64,000 nucleotides of DNA, from contig JAWKNI010000005.1 in the NCBI GenBank assembly GCA_041391785.1, forward strand, positions 107,945 to 171,944. The letters run 5' to 3'. Within the stretch, counting starts at the first letter, position 1, and the number at the start of each line of letters is the position of its first letter. The translations under genes and the position numbers were made by a program. Shown piece by piece: positions 48,819 through 58,143 of the stretch. The notes under the pieces were generated by a model, which saw nothing but the letters and a program-made list of their open reading frames with translations, made no database searches and was not told where the DNA came from. This DNA is from Flavobacteriales bacterium (GTDB lineage: Bacteria > Bacteroidota > Bacteroidia > Flavobacteriales_F > PHOS-HE28).

Positions 48819-50071
48819 CTGGCTTGTATGTCTTTTGATGTGCGGATCGCGAGCACCGCCTGTAGCTCGTGGATCTCCCTGCCCAGGCGTGCCGCATGTT
48901 CCTTGTTCAACTCATTCACGTAGTCGGCCGCAGTGGCCGTACCATTGGCGAGCTGTTCGGCCTTGGCCTCGGTCACCTCGGTCCGCAGCGCGATCAGGCG
49001 ATCATCCGAACTCCGCAAGGCGCGGAAGTGCGCCAACTCCTCCCGTTGATGCGCGAGCGCAATGGTCCATCGCTCAACGATCCTTTCACGATCCATGCGC
49101 AGCAGATCGCGTTGCAGATCGATGTTACGATCCGTGCGCTTGCGTGTTCCCCAATCCACGATACGCCATTGGATCCCCGCACCGACCAGCAGCATCGGTC
49201 GCCACTCGTCCAGGAAGGTGTTGTAACCAGGGTTGCCGGCACCAGCGTTCCCGAAGACCCTGATCCTTGGGAGCCGGGATGATCGCGCCAGATCGTGCTG
49301 GACATCCAAGGCTTGCAGGCGCAGGTCGAACGCGCGGATGTCGGGGCGTTGCTCGACCGAAAGGTCACCAGGCTCCGTTTCCACCGGTGCAACGAAGGAC
49401 GCGGTCGCGACCGCGGCAGCATCGGTGATCGTGGCGAGTTCATGCCTTGTCCGTTTCACGGTGGTGCTTACTTGCGCGATCTCCTGGTCCAGGGTGATCG
49501 TTTCGGCCTCCAATGCAGCCGCATCCGATAGCAGCGCAGCACCGGCATCGACAGCGGCAATGAGCCGTTCATGCTGCGCCAGGATGGACGCCTTACGCAA
49601 GGCAAGCAATCCCAGCTGTCGTTCGCCCAGCAGCACGGCCATATACCGCTGCGTCACTTGTCCGCGGACCTCCAACTCCCTGGACGCGAGTGCAAGGTCC
49701 TGCTGATCGACGTCCAATTGTTCCAGCCGCAGGCGCGATCGGGTCACCTGGCCATCGTATACGGTCTGACCGATCTCGATCAACGCACGGTGGAGATCGA
49801 GCGGCACCTCGGGCGGTGCGAGACCGGGGAGTCCGAACGGCAGGTCGATCTGTTCGTTCTGGTAGGTGCTCTGTACATTCAAGTTGAACTGGGGGAACCA
49901 CGCACTGTTCACCTCATCAGCTTGCAGCGCCTTCATGTCCGCAAGCAACGCTCGGGAGTCTCGGAATCCTTCGTGGCGCAGGGCAAGGGTGATCGCCGAG
50001 TCCAGGGAAAGCCCCTGCCCCGAACAGATGCACCCCGCGAGAAAGGTGATCGTACACAGAACGGACCTCAT
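48815..50071 (-). CDS. TolC-family outer-membrane efflux protein
   Basis: 418 aa, signal peptide, two OEP repeats with coiled-coil character. Confidence 0.8.
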   Translation of the reverse strand: MRSVLCTITFLAGCICSGQGLSLDSAITLALRHEGFRDSRALLADMKALQADEVNSAWFPQFNLNVQSTYQNEQIDLPFGLPGLAPPEVPLDLHRALIEIGQTVYDGQVTRSRLRLEQLDVDQQDLALASRELEVRGQVTQRYMAVLLGERQLGLLALRKASILAQHERLIAAVDAGAALLSDAAALEAETITLDQEIAQVSTTVKRTRHELATITDAAAVATASFVAPVETEPGDLSVEQRPDIRAFDLRLQALDVQHDLARSSRLPRIRVFGNAGAGNPGYNTFLDEWRPMLLVGAGIQWRIVDWGTRKRTDRNIDLQRDLLRMDRERIVERWTIALAHQREELAHFRALRSSDDRLIALRTEVTEAKAEQLANGTATAADYVNELNKEHAARLGREIHELQAVLAIRTSKDIQAR

Positions 50072-50676
50072 GGCTTCAAACTGTTCGTAAGCACGGATAC
50101 GATGTGGGTGCGGCGTTGCTCAAGGAATGCCTGCCGGTCCTTCTTCCCCATCCCGAGTGCGATGCCCACGGCAGGCAGCATGGAGAAGGTGAAGGCGCAG
50201 AGCGAGACCATGTCAAGCAGGAACTGGATACCGCTCTTGCGTTCCGGCGGCAGCTTCCGTTGCATCAGGTCAGGTTCGATGTGCGCAGCGACCTTGAGCA
50301 GTATGTCCCGCAACGGTGAATTGGCGATCATGTTCGGATCGCGCTGTACTTCGAACAGCACGAAGGCCGGTAATCCCGGGGTCTCCTCCAGCAGGTCGAA
50401 GTACCGCGCCACCATCGACCTCACCTTCTTCTCGAGCTTCCCCTTGCTCTCCAGAATGTGGAGCAGGTCAGTGTACAAGCGCCCTGCCTGGTACTGGAAC
50501 ACCTCCCTGAAGATCGCATCCTTGGTCTTGAAGTAGTAGTGCAGCAATCCCTTGTTCACCCCCGCGCGTTCCGCCAATTCACGCATGTTCACGCCGTCCT
50601 GACCGTGCTTCACGAACAGCTCTCGTGCCGCCAGAACGATGCGATCCCGTGTCCCACTATCCTGGATCTTACCCAT
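50068..50676 (-). CDS. TetR/AcrR-family transcriptional regulator
   Basis: RDRIVLAARELFVKHGQDGVNMRELAERAGVNKGLLHYYFKTKDAIF HTH; start ATG 50676. Confidence 0.8.
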   Translation of the reverse strand: MGKIQDSGTRDRIVLAARELFVKHGQDGVNMRELAERAGVNKGLLHYYFKTKDAIFREVFQYQAGRLYTDLLHILESKGKLEKKVRSMVARYFDLLEETPGLPAFVLFEVQRDPNMIANSPLRDILLKVAAHIEPDLMQRKLPPERKSGIQFLLDMVSLCAFTFSMLPAVGIALGMGKKDRQAFLEQRRTHIVSVLTNSLKP

Positions 50677-50808
50677 TTGGGTAACAAAGGAACACAGATC
50701 TACCCATACGTCCAAATACCTCGCGGACGATCCATTGGATCGATCGTATGGACCAGTGGAACACCTCGCCTACCTTCACCGCCCATCAACGAACACCGCC
50801 CGGTCCGC

Positions 50809-52770
50809 ATGCGCAAGGTCCTGTACCGCCTGCTACGCCTGCTCGCCTGCATCGCCCCGCTCTCATGCACGGCCCAGGCGGATTCGCTGTTCCGGGTGTG
50901 GAACGATCCGGGATCACCGGACAGTTCCCGCATCAGGGCCATTCAACTGCTTGCCTGGAAGGCCGTTTTCGAAGTTCCGGACAGCGGCATCAGCCTGGCG
51001 CAGAAGCAGCTCGAGCTGGCTGAACGGACCAAGGACCGCCTGGCGATCTATGAGTCCCACACCACCATGGCGGTCGGGAGTAGCTTGAAAAGCGACTTCC
51101 CAACGGCTCTTGGCCATTTCGACGTGTGCCTGCGCACGGCCCGTTCCATGGGCGATCTGAAGCGCGAAGCGAACACCTACAGCAACATGAGCAACGTATT
51201 CAGGCACATGGGCGATCTGCCGATGGCCTTGGAACAGTTGCAACGCAGCCTCCGCATCGATCAGGATCTGGGGAACAAGGAGGGATTGGCCGGCACGTTC
51301 AACAACATCGGTAACATCCATACGGAGCTTGGTGATCTGCCCGCAGCGCTTGAACACTATACCAAAAGCGCGATGCTGTATGATGCGTTGGACCAGACCA
51401 AGGGCAGGGCACAGGCGTTGTTGAACCTCGGTGTGACACACCTGGAAATGGGTGAACGGGAGAAGGCCCTTGCCGAGTTCCTCCAGAGCCTCGGCCTGTA
51501 CCGGACGATGGGCCGGAAGATGGAAGTGGGCATGGCATTGAACAATCTTGGGCGGACCTATTCACGACTTGGCCGGATCGCCGAGGCCAGGCACTCCCTG
51601 GACTCGGCGCTCGTCCTGTTCACGGAACTGGACAGCAAGCGCCAGATGGCGCGCAGCCTGTATTACCTGGGTGACCTCGACCTGCAGGAAGGGCACTCCC
51701 GAGAGGCCATCGTGCACTGCAAACGTGGGCTCGGCATCGCACGATCGGCAGGCCTGGCCCTTCAGCGCAAGGAATGCAGCGAATGCCTGATGGTGGCCTA
51801 CGAGCAGGTGAATGACCTGGGGAACGCCTTTCGTGCGCAAAAGGAATTCATGCAGGTGGGCGACTCCCTGGATGCGTTGAACAACAGCGAGGAAGTGATG
51901 CGGTTGGAGATGCAGCACAGTTTCAGAGAAGAACGCATCGCGGACAGCCTGAAGAGTGAACGCAGGCGATTCGCCGATCAGCTGGCCTATGACCAACAGC
52001 TCGGCAAGGAGCGTGAACAGCGCAACATCTTCCTGTACTCCGGCCTCGGGGTACTGCTCCTCGCTGGGAGCCTTTGGGGGAGGCTGAGGCACACCCATCG
52101 GTCACGGATCGCCATCCAACAGGAGAAGGACCGGAGTGATGCGCTGCTGCATAACATCCTGCCGGAGGAGGTGGCCCTGGAGCTGCGCCAGAAAGGTCAT
52201 GCGGAGGCGAAGCACTTCGAGGAGGTCACGATCCTGTTCTCCGATTTCAACGGATTCACACAGGTGAGCGAGCGGCTATCACCTGCCGAGCTCGTAGAGG
52301 AACTGAACGTGTATTTCAAGGCGTTCGATGCGATCATTGAAGCCCAGGGCATTGAGAAGATCAAGACGATCGGTGATGCGTACATGGCCGCCGGCGGTGT
52401 ACCCGCGGGAGGGGACGATGCCACCGGCCGTACCGTATGCGCCGCGTTGGACATGCAAGCTTTCGTGGTGGCGCGTTGGAACGAGCGCGACGCACAAGGG
52501 TTGCCGGCGTTCAGGATGAGGATCGGCATCCATACCGGACCCGTAGTGGCAGGCATCGTTGGCACCAAGAAGTTCCAGTATGACATCTGGGGGGATACCG
52601 TGAACATCGCCAGCCGCATGGAAAGCAGCGGTGAGATCGGCACCGTGAACGTCAGCGAGGAGACCTACGTGCGTCTTCGGAACGACAGCCGGTTCGCGTT
52701 CGTTCCACGCGGTCAGGTAAGCGCCAAAGGGAAAGGCGATCTTCCGATGTACTTCGTGCGCTGGGCGTGA
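50809..52770 (+). CDS. Class III adenylate/guanylate cyclase with N-terminal TPR sensor array and one TM helix
   Basis: Signal peptide, ~8 TPR-like repeats, TM, then ...FSDFNGFT...IKTIGDAYMAAGG...IGIHTGPVVAGIVG...YDIWGDTVNIASRMES. Confidence 0.85.
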   Translation: MRKVLYRLLRLLACIAPLSCTAQADSLFRVWNDPGSPDSSRIRAIQLLAWKAVFEVPDSGISLAQKQLELAERTKDRLAIYESHTTMAVGSSLKSDFPTALGHFDVCLRTARSMGDLKREANTYSNMSNVFRHMGDLPMALEQLQRSLRIDQDLGNKEGLAGTFNNIGNIHTELGDLPAALEHYTKSAMLYDALDQTKGRAQALLNLGVTHLEMGEREKALAEFLQSLGLYRTMGRKMEVGMALNNLGRTYSRLGRIAEARHSLDSALVLFTELDSKRQMARSLYYLGDLDLQEGHSREAIVHCKRGLGIARSAGLALQRKECSECLMVAYEQVNDLGNAFRAQKEFMQVGDSLDALNNSEEVMRLEMQHSFREERIADSLKSERRRFADQLAYDQQLGKEREQRNIFLYSGLGVLLLAGSLWGRLRHTHRSRIAIQQEKDRSDALLHNILPEEVALELRQKGHAEAKHFEEVTILFSDFNGFTQVSERLSPAELVEELNVYFKAFDAIIEAQGIEKIKTIGDAYMAAGGVPAGGDDATGRTVCAALDMQAFVVARWNERDAQGLPAFRMRIGIHTGPVVAGIVGTKKFQYDIWGDTVNIASRMESSGEIGTVNVSEETYVRLRNDSRFAFVPRGQVSAKGKGDLPMYFVRWA

Positions 52771-52780
52771 TCGGCCGGTC

Positions 52781-54832
52781 TCAGGGACGAAGCACCAGAC
52801 GTTGGGTGTAGGCGCGGTCACCTGCGGTGATGTTCACCATGTACATGCCTGCGGCGAGGTCGCCGTTCAGGTCCACCACGGTGTTCACGAAACCGTCCAG
52901 TGCGGCGATCGTGCGCGCGATCATGCGCTTGCCGCTCAGGTCGTAGATGTCCATGCTCACCGTGTTCACGCCTTCCTCAATTCCGCTCATGCTGATGTAC
53001 AGCTGGTCGCCATTGTTCGGGTTCGGGTACATGTTGAGCGTGGCATCGGTCGAGGCGTCCATAGCGCTGTTCTGCTGGCCACCGTTCACCGCGTTGTTGA
53101 TGGTGACGGTGCAGGTCTCCCCTGCCGTGCACCACACACCGCCTTTGAATGCCTGTACCGTCACGTCATAGTCCTCTCCCGGGTTCAGTGGAGGTGCTAC
53201 CCCGGCGCCCCAGCCGAGGGTGAGGTAGTAGGTGGTGACCTCGCGTACGATCGGAGTTTCCAGTTCCGCGTTGCTTATGGTGAAGCGGTACTTCGTTGCA
53301 CCGGAGATCGGCCGCGCATAGAGGCTGTTGATGCTCTGGTTGTTGAAGTCGCGGAACACGTTGCAGCTGATGAAGGGGTTGCCCGGCACGTCCATCAACT
53401 TGGTCGGAGGGCACAGTGCCAGGGCGTCATCACGCATGAAGCGGCAGGCCGGTCCCCAGTTCTTGGGCACGTTGTTCACCACGGCACGCACACGCACGTT
53501 CAGCGGCACCTGGTCCGGGATCCAGTTGGCGGCGGCCCAGTTGTTCACCTGCATGTGGCAGGTGCGTGCGCCGCCCACGTTGCCGAAGCCATCGGTCACG
53601 TTGTGGCGGCGCTGGCGGATGAAGCTGTAGCCACCGTTGGGATCGTAGAACCAGAAGTCGTAGCCGGTGGTGGCGCTTTGCACGGCATTGCTGCCGTTGG
53701 GGATCCACACTGCGGCCACATCCGCATCCTCGTTCACCACGATGAACTCGCCTTTTTTCCAGAAGTACTTGTCGCAGCTGGTGTAGAGCAGATCGTTCGG
53801 TCCGACGGGCAGGCAGAACCCTTGCTCCGCTGCGATCGCACTCTCCGCTCCGGAAAGGAAGTTGTTGCGATCGTCGATGATCCGTGCCCCATTCGACCGC
53901 AGGACGTAACCGCCACCTGTGATCCCATTTCCGCTGGCATCCATGACCCGGAGGCGATAGCAGCCCTCGGGCAGGCAGCAGGTCTCAAGGAGGGTACCTT
54001 CGGCAGGGTATCCGCCGCCGCCAGTGCATACCACCGAACCGGTGCCGGTGTCGATGACCTCCCAGGTGGTCTCCCCTGGTGATGCATCGGTCTCAAGCTC
54101 CAGTTCCAATGGCTCGGTGCAGGCCTCATCCACCGATGTCGTAAGGCCCTTGCTGAACCCACCAACGAGTGCCTCTCCTTCGGCGGAGATGAGGACATTG
54201 CCGTTGGCCATCACGTTGAATCGGGCCGCGGATCCACCCCCTCGCCCGGCATCGTTCGCCTTGAAGGTGAAACAGGCATCGGACCCAAGCGGTACATCCA
54301 CCACGACCACAGCGTTCTCTTCCACATAAGGGCCACCATCGGCCACCGTTTCATTCAAACTGTTGCGGATCTCCCAGGTCAGGTCACCGGGGTCGCTGTC
54401 CGTGCGCACCTCAACGGTGACGGTCGTGTTCCCTGATGCGGCAGGGACCTGATCGACAGCAGCCGTGATGATGTTGCCTTCGGCCACCTCGTCCGGAACG
54501 GTATTCACACTGATGATGCGGAACTCCAGTTCATCACCCGGCTCGATCTGCACGGCCGGAAGCGCTGGGGTGCGGGCTTCCCCTTGCAATGCCGGTACCG
54601 CCAGCTGCCAGTCGAACGAGTTCACCATGAGCCCGTTCTTCCATGTATCCACCACGCAACCGCTCATGGCCGCGGATCCCTGATTGCGGATCTTCACGAC
54701 AGGGACCACTTCGCCACCGCACGGGTACTTCAGCCCGACATATTCCTCGAATCTGGCGTCGTACGTGGCCTGTGCACTCAATGCCGTACCAACGGTGAGC
54801 AGCAACACGGAAAGGCTGGTCCTTGCGATCAT
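52781..54832 (-). CDS. T9SS type-A C-terminal sorting domain protein (secreted cargo), directly downstream of TPP-regulated TBDR
   Basis: Signal peptide; repeated D.DPG(D/E).TWE(I/V) blocks; C-terminus ...MYPNPNNGDQLYISMSG...MDIYDLSGKRMIARTIAALDG...GMYMVNITAGDRAYTQRLVLRP. Alternative start ATG 54877. Confidence 0.65.
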   Translation of the reverse strand: MIARTSLSVLLLTVGTALSAQATYDARFEEYVGLKYPCGGEVVPVVKIRNQGSAAMSGCVVDTWKNGLMVNSFDWQLAVPALQGEARTPALPAVQIEPGDELEFRIISVNTVPDEVAEGNIITAAVDQVPAASGNTTVTVEVRTDSDPGDLTWEIRNSLNETVADGGPYVEENAVVVVDVPLGSDACFTFKANDAGRGGGSAARFNVMANGNVLISAEGEALVGGFSKGLTTSVDEACTEPLELELETDASPGETTWEVIDTGTGSVVCTGGGGYPAEGTLLETCCLPEGCYRLRVMDASGNGITGGGYVLRSNGARIIDDRNNFLSGAESAIAAEQGFCLPVGPNDLLYTSCDKYFWKKGEFIVVNEDADVAAVWIPNGSNAVQSATTGYDFWFYDPNGGYSFIRQRRHNVTDGFGNVGGARTCHMQVNNWAAANWIPDQVPLNVRVRAVVNNVPKNWGPACRFMRDDALALCPPTKLMDVPGNPFISCNVFRDFNNQSINSLYARPISGATKYRFTISNAELETPIVREVTTYYLTLGWGAGVAPPLNPGEDYDVTVQAFKGGVWCTAGETCTVTINNAVNGGQQNSAMDASTDATLNMYPNPNNGDQLYISMSGIEEGVNTVSMDIYDLSGKRMIARTIAALDGFVNTVVDLNGDLAAGMYMVNITAGDRAYTQRLVLRP

Positions 54833-54908
54833 GGGGAGGGGATTCAGGATACCAAAACTACCCTCCAACCCTTTCATGCCGCAATAGAACCTTCGTTACA
54901 ACCCCAGG

Positions 54909-57290
54909 TCAGAAGCGCAGCGCTAGCGCCCCCAACACGTTCAACGGTGCTTGTGGATACAACCCCACCAGTTCCTGCCTGCTACCGCCAAGCAGGTAGC
55001 TGTAGCTCCAAGCATTGCTCTCGTACAGTTCATTCAGCACGTTGCGCACCGTAAGGTTGAACGCGACGTGCGGTATCCGGAAGAAAGCGGACAGATCCAC
55101 ATTCAATCGCAGGTCGTTGACCAGGTACGGATCCAGAGCCCGGTCGGCACTGCCACTGTTGTCGATGTACTGGCGACCCACATACTTCGTGATGAGCGTA
55201 AGGTCGGCGTTCCCTTTCCCTCTCCGCTGCCAGAAACGATAGCTCAACTCGCTTGCGGCGATCTGCTCCGGACTGAATGCGATCGGGGTGGAGGTGTAGG
55301 TGAACGCCTGCTGCCCACCGGTATCCCAGTCATCGACGAATTCCGTGAAGTCCTTGATGCGATCCCTGCTGAACGTGGCATTGCCTTTCCAGCGCAAACG
55401 CCGGGTGACCTGCGCCGCCCACGTGATCTCCACACCGGAACGATAGCTCTTCGCAACATTGGTACGGAGTGCAGCGCCCACATCATTGAGCTCTCCGGTC
55501 AGCACCAATTGGTCCGTGTAGTCCATGTAGTAGCCGTTCACGCCGAAAGCGAACCGCGCACCACGTCGTTCGTATCCCAGTTCATGATCCGTAAGCCGCT
55601 CGCTCGTGGGGCGGCTCATGGGCGTGGTCTCCTCGAAGTCGTCCCGGTTCGGTTCACGGTTCGCCACGGCAACGCTTCCGTACACGCGTCCACCTTCGTG
55701 CACGCGCCAACTCAGCCCTCCCTTCGGGTTGAAAAAGCTGAACGCGTTGTATTGGTCACGGACGTTCAACGCATCATCGAACCCGAGCAGCTCATGCTCC
55801 ACTGCACGCACCTGCACGTCGCCGTACGCTGTGAGGCGATCGCTCAACGTGTAATTCAATTTGGCGAACACGTTCGCATCCATCTTGTTCGCATCATTGT
55901 CGTAGTACCGTTGATCATTGCCATATGGCCCGGAGAAGCGCGCCCAGATCACCTCACCGAAATGTGCACCGGAATAATTGGAGTAGCTCCCGCCCAGGAT
56001 GAATTCGTGCTTTCCGAATACATGCATCAACGAGGCATTCACCCCGAGCAGGGTGTTGTCCAGCCACCGTCGGGTGATGAAGTCGTTCATGACGGCGGTA
56101 TCCGTACCCAGGACCACTGGACCAGGGAAGTAATCCAAGGTCTCTTCATCGCTCCTGAAATTCTCATAGTATCCTTTGCCATCCACCCGATAACCTGTCA
56201 GGCTCAATGTGGTGGAAGCACTCAGCTTCTCCTCGAAGAGCAATTGATAGTGGGTCTGATCGTAGTTGTCCACCTCATTGGCATAGGTGTATCCGTTATA
56301 GGTGCGCGCCGTATCGATCACCTCCCTGGGCACACCGCCCCATGCCTGGTAGGTCACCTCGCTTCCGCGGAAGGTGATGAACCGTAACGAACGCCTTCTT
56401 CCGATCCATGCCCCCTGCAGGAAATAGCTCTTCAGGTCCGCGGTCGCCCGGTCTATGTAGCCATCGCTCGTGATGGAGGAAAGGCGCATGTCGAGGCTGA
56501 AGCGATCCTCGATCACACCGGTACCTGCACTCACGCTGTAGCGTTGCGTGTTGTACGAACCCCCACTGATCCCGATGTTGGCCCATGGCTCGGGTCTCAC
56601 ACTGGTGGTGCGCAGGTTCACCGTTGCGCCGAATGCCGCAGGCCCGTTCGTGCTGGTGCCCACACCGCGTTGCACCTCGATATCCTCCGCGCTCGATGCA
56701 AGGTCCGGCAGGTTCACCAGGAATGCGCCCTGGCTTTCCGGATCGTTGAAGGGTACACCATTCAGCGTGATGTTGGTACGCGTGGCATCCGTCCCACGAA
56801 TGCGCATGCCGGTGTACCCGATACCGGTGCCCGCGTCGCTCGTGGTGACCACGCTTGGCTGCAGGTCGAGCAGATAGGGCAGATCGACGCCGGTGTTCAT
56901 CCGTGCGATGTCATCCTTGGTGACCATCGACCGCGCGAACGGTGCGGTCCCTACGCGCAACGCATGGACCTCGGCGGCACGCATCATAACCACATCCGTG
57001 CGCATGTGGAACACAAGATCCATGGCCCCGGCAAGCGCAATGGTCGTGTCGATCCCGACATGGCCCAGGCTGCTGAGGCGCATCCGGTACTCGCCCTCTT
57101 CGATGCCGCTCAGGATGAACCGGCCTTCAGCATCGGTGACCGCGCCGAACGCATGATCATCACCGAGAATGACATTGACAGCAAGCATGGGGGTGCTGTG
57201 CTCGTCCAGTACTTGTCCGGTCAGGCGCACCTGTCCGAATGCCGCAGCAAGTTGGAAAAACGCGACGAACGCGATCGATGTTCTCTGCAT
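54909..57290 (-). CDS. TonB-dependent receptor (CarboxypepD_reg + plug + barrel), thiamine/TPP-regulated outer-membrane transporter
   Basis: MQRTSIAFVAFFQLAAAFG signal, RLTGQVLDEHSTPMLAVNVIL, plug ...MVTKDDIARMNTGVDLPYLL, C-term ...LGALALRF; preceded by TPP riboswitch. Confidence 0.85.
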   Translation of the reverse strand: MQRTSIAFVAFFQLAAAFGQVRLTGQVLDEHSTPMLAVNVILGDDHAFGAVTDAEGRFILSGIEEGEYRMRLSSLGHVGIDTTIALAGAMDLVFHMRTDVVMMRAAEVHALRVGTAPFARSMVTKDDIARMNTGVDLPYLLDLQPSVVTTSDAGTGIGYTGMRIRGTDATRTNITLNGVPFNDPESQGAFLVNLPDLASSAEDIEVQRGVGTSTNGPAAFGATVNLRTTSVRPEPWANIGISGGSYNTQRYSVSAGTGVIEDRFSLDMRLSSITSDGYIDRATADLKSYFLQGAWIGRRRSLRFITFRGSEVTYQAWGGVPREVIDTARTYNGYTYANEVDNYDQTHYQLLFEEKLSASTTLSLTGYRVDGKGYYENFRSDEETLDYFPGPVVLGTDTAVMNDFITRRWLDNTLLGVNASLMHVFGKHEFILGGSYSNYSGAHFGEVIWARFSGPYGNDQRYYDNDANKMDANVFAKLNYTLSDRLTAYGDVQVRAVEHELLGFDDALNVRDQYNAFSFFNPKGGLSWRVHEGGRVYGSVAVANREPNRDDFEETTPMSRPTSERLTDHELGYERRGARFAFGVNGYYMDYTDQLVLTGELNDVGAALRTNVAKSYRSGVEITWAAQVTRRLRWKGNATFSRDRIKDFTEFVDDWDTGGQQAFTYTSTPIAFSPEQIAASELSYRFWQRRGKGNADLTLITKYVGRQYIDNSGSADRALDPYLVNDLRLNVDLSAFFRIPHVAFNLTVRNVLNELYESNAWSYSYLLGGSRQELVGLYPQAPLNVLGALALRF

Positions 57291-57334
57291 GGTACTCCGT
57301 ATCGATGTCGTTGCACGGAGGTACCCACCCACTG

Positions 57335-57420
57335 GCGGCACTGTTCCCTTCGCAGCATTACCTGCGCAGGTTCATCGGGTGTGATCTCAGCCCATGCGGT
57401 AGGGCACCCCGTTGCTTGAC
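57335..57420 (-). promoter_or_regulatory. TPP (thiamine pyrophosphate) riboswitch, THI element
   Basis: Minus strand: caacGGGGTGCCCtaccgcatgggCTGAGAtcACACCCgatgAACCTGcgcaGGTAATGCtgcGaAGGGAAc matches THI-box consensus (GGGGTGCCC...CTGAGA...ACCC...ACCTGATCNGGNTAATGCC...AGGGA); ~45 nt upstream of TBDR ATG. Confidence 0.85.
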
Positions 57421-57481
57421 GGAACAAATGTAGTGCGATGGTCTTCGGATGCATGCACCCCTCATTCGGGATGCGCGCACT

Positions 57482-58057
57482 TCAACCTTCGATCACGCGG
57501 ACCTGCGCGATGGCCGCAATGGCCTGTCGCAGGCGAAGTTCATGCGCGCCTTCGAGCACGATGAATGGTTTCTCCAGCGTCCTCAATGTCGACCTGTACA
57601 CCTCGAACAGCCGTTCACGGTCATTGGGGTTCTCGCGCAATGGATCGGGCTCCCACGGCATGTCCGGGCGGCAAAGCAGCCACAGATCGTATGGTCGCTC
57701 CATGGTCTGCTGTACGACCCAAGGATCGCTGCGTCCGAATTTCTCCTCACCCCAGATCCGTATCGTGATCAGGTCCGTATCACAACACACGAGCCCACCT
57801 CCATCCCGTGCGACATTGTTCACCACGCGATCCTCCTCCCGCACCTGCAACCCCGCGATCGATCGCAACTCGGCCTCGTCGTAGCCAGCGTACGTCCCCG
57901 GTCGCTCCGCGAAATACGTCCGGGCCATCTCCGCAACAAGACCTGCATCATGGTGCACGGCCAATGCCTTCGCAAGGGTGGTCTTGCCGCTGCTCTCCGG
58001 TCCGGTGATCACGATCTTCCTTACCACGAACGCAAAGGTGTGCCGATCGGCCGTCAT
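57482..58057 (-). CDS. AAA_28/NadR-C-terminal-like ATPase (ribosylnicotinamide-kinase-like nucleoside/vitamin kinase)
   Basis: P-loop ITGPESSGKTTLAKALA, ...VCCDTDL...DLWLLCRPDMPWEPDPLRENP pattern as in NadR kinase domain. Confidence 0.55.
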   Translation of the reverse strand: MTADRHTFAFVVRKIVITGPESSGKTTLAKALAVHHDAGLVAEMARTYFAERPGTYAGYDEAELRSIAGLQVREEDRVVNNVARDGGGLVCCDTDLITIRIWGEEKFGRSDPWVVQQTMERPYDLWLLCRPDMPWEPDPLRENPNDRERLFEVYRSTLRTLEKPFIVLEGAHELRLRQAIAAIAQVRVIEG

Positions 58058-58143
58058 CGTAACTTTCCATCACTGCATAAGCAGCGATACGCAATGCCGG
58101 GTCGTCCTCGATACAGGACCGCATACTTGTTGAACCCAAGACC

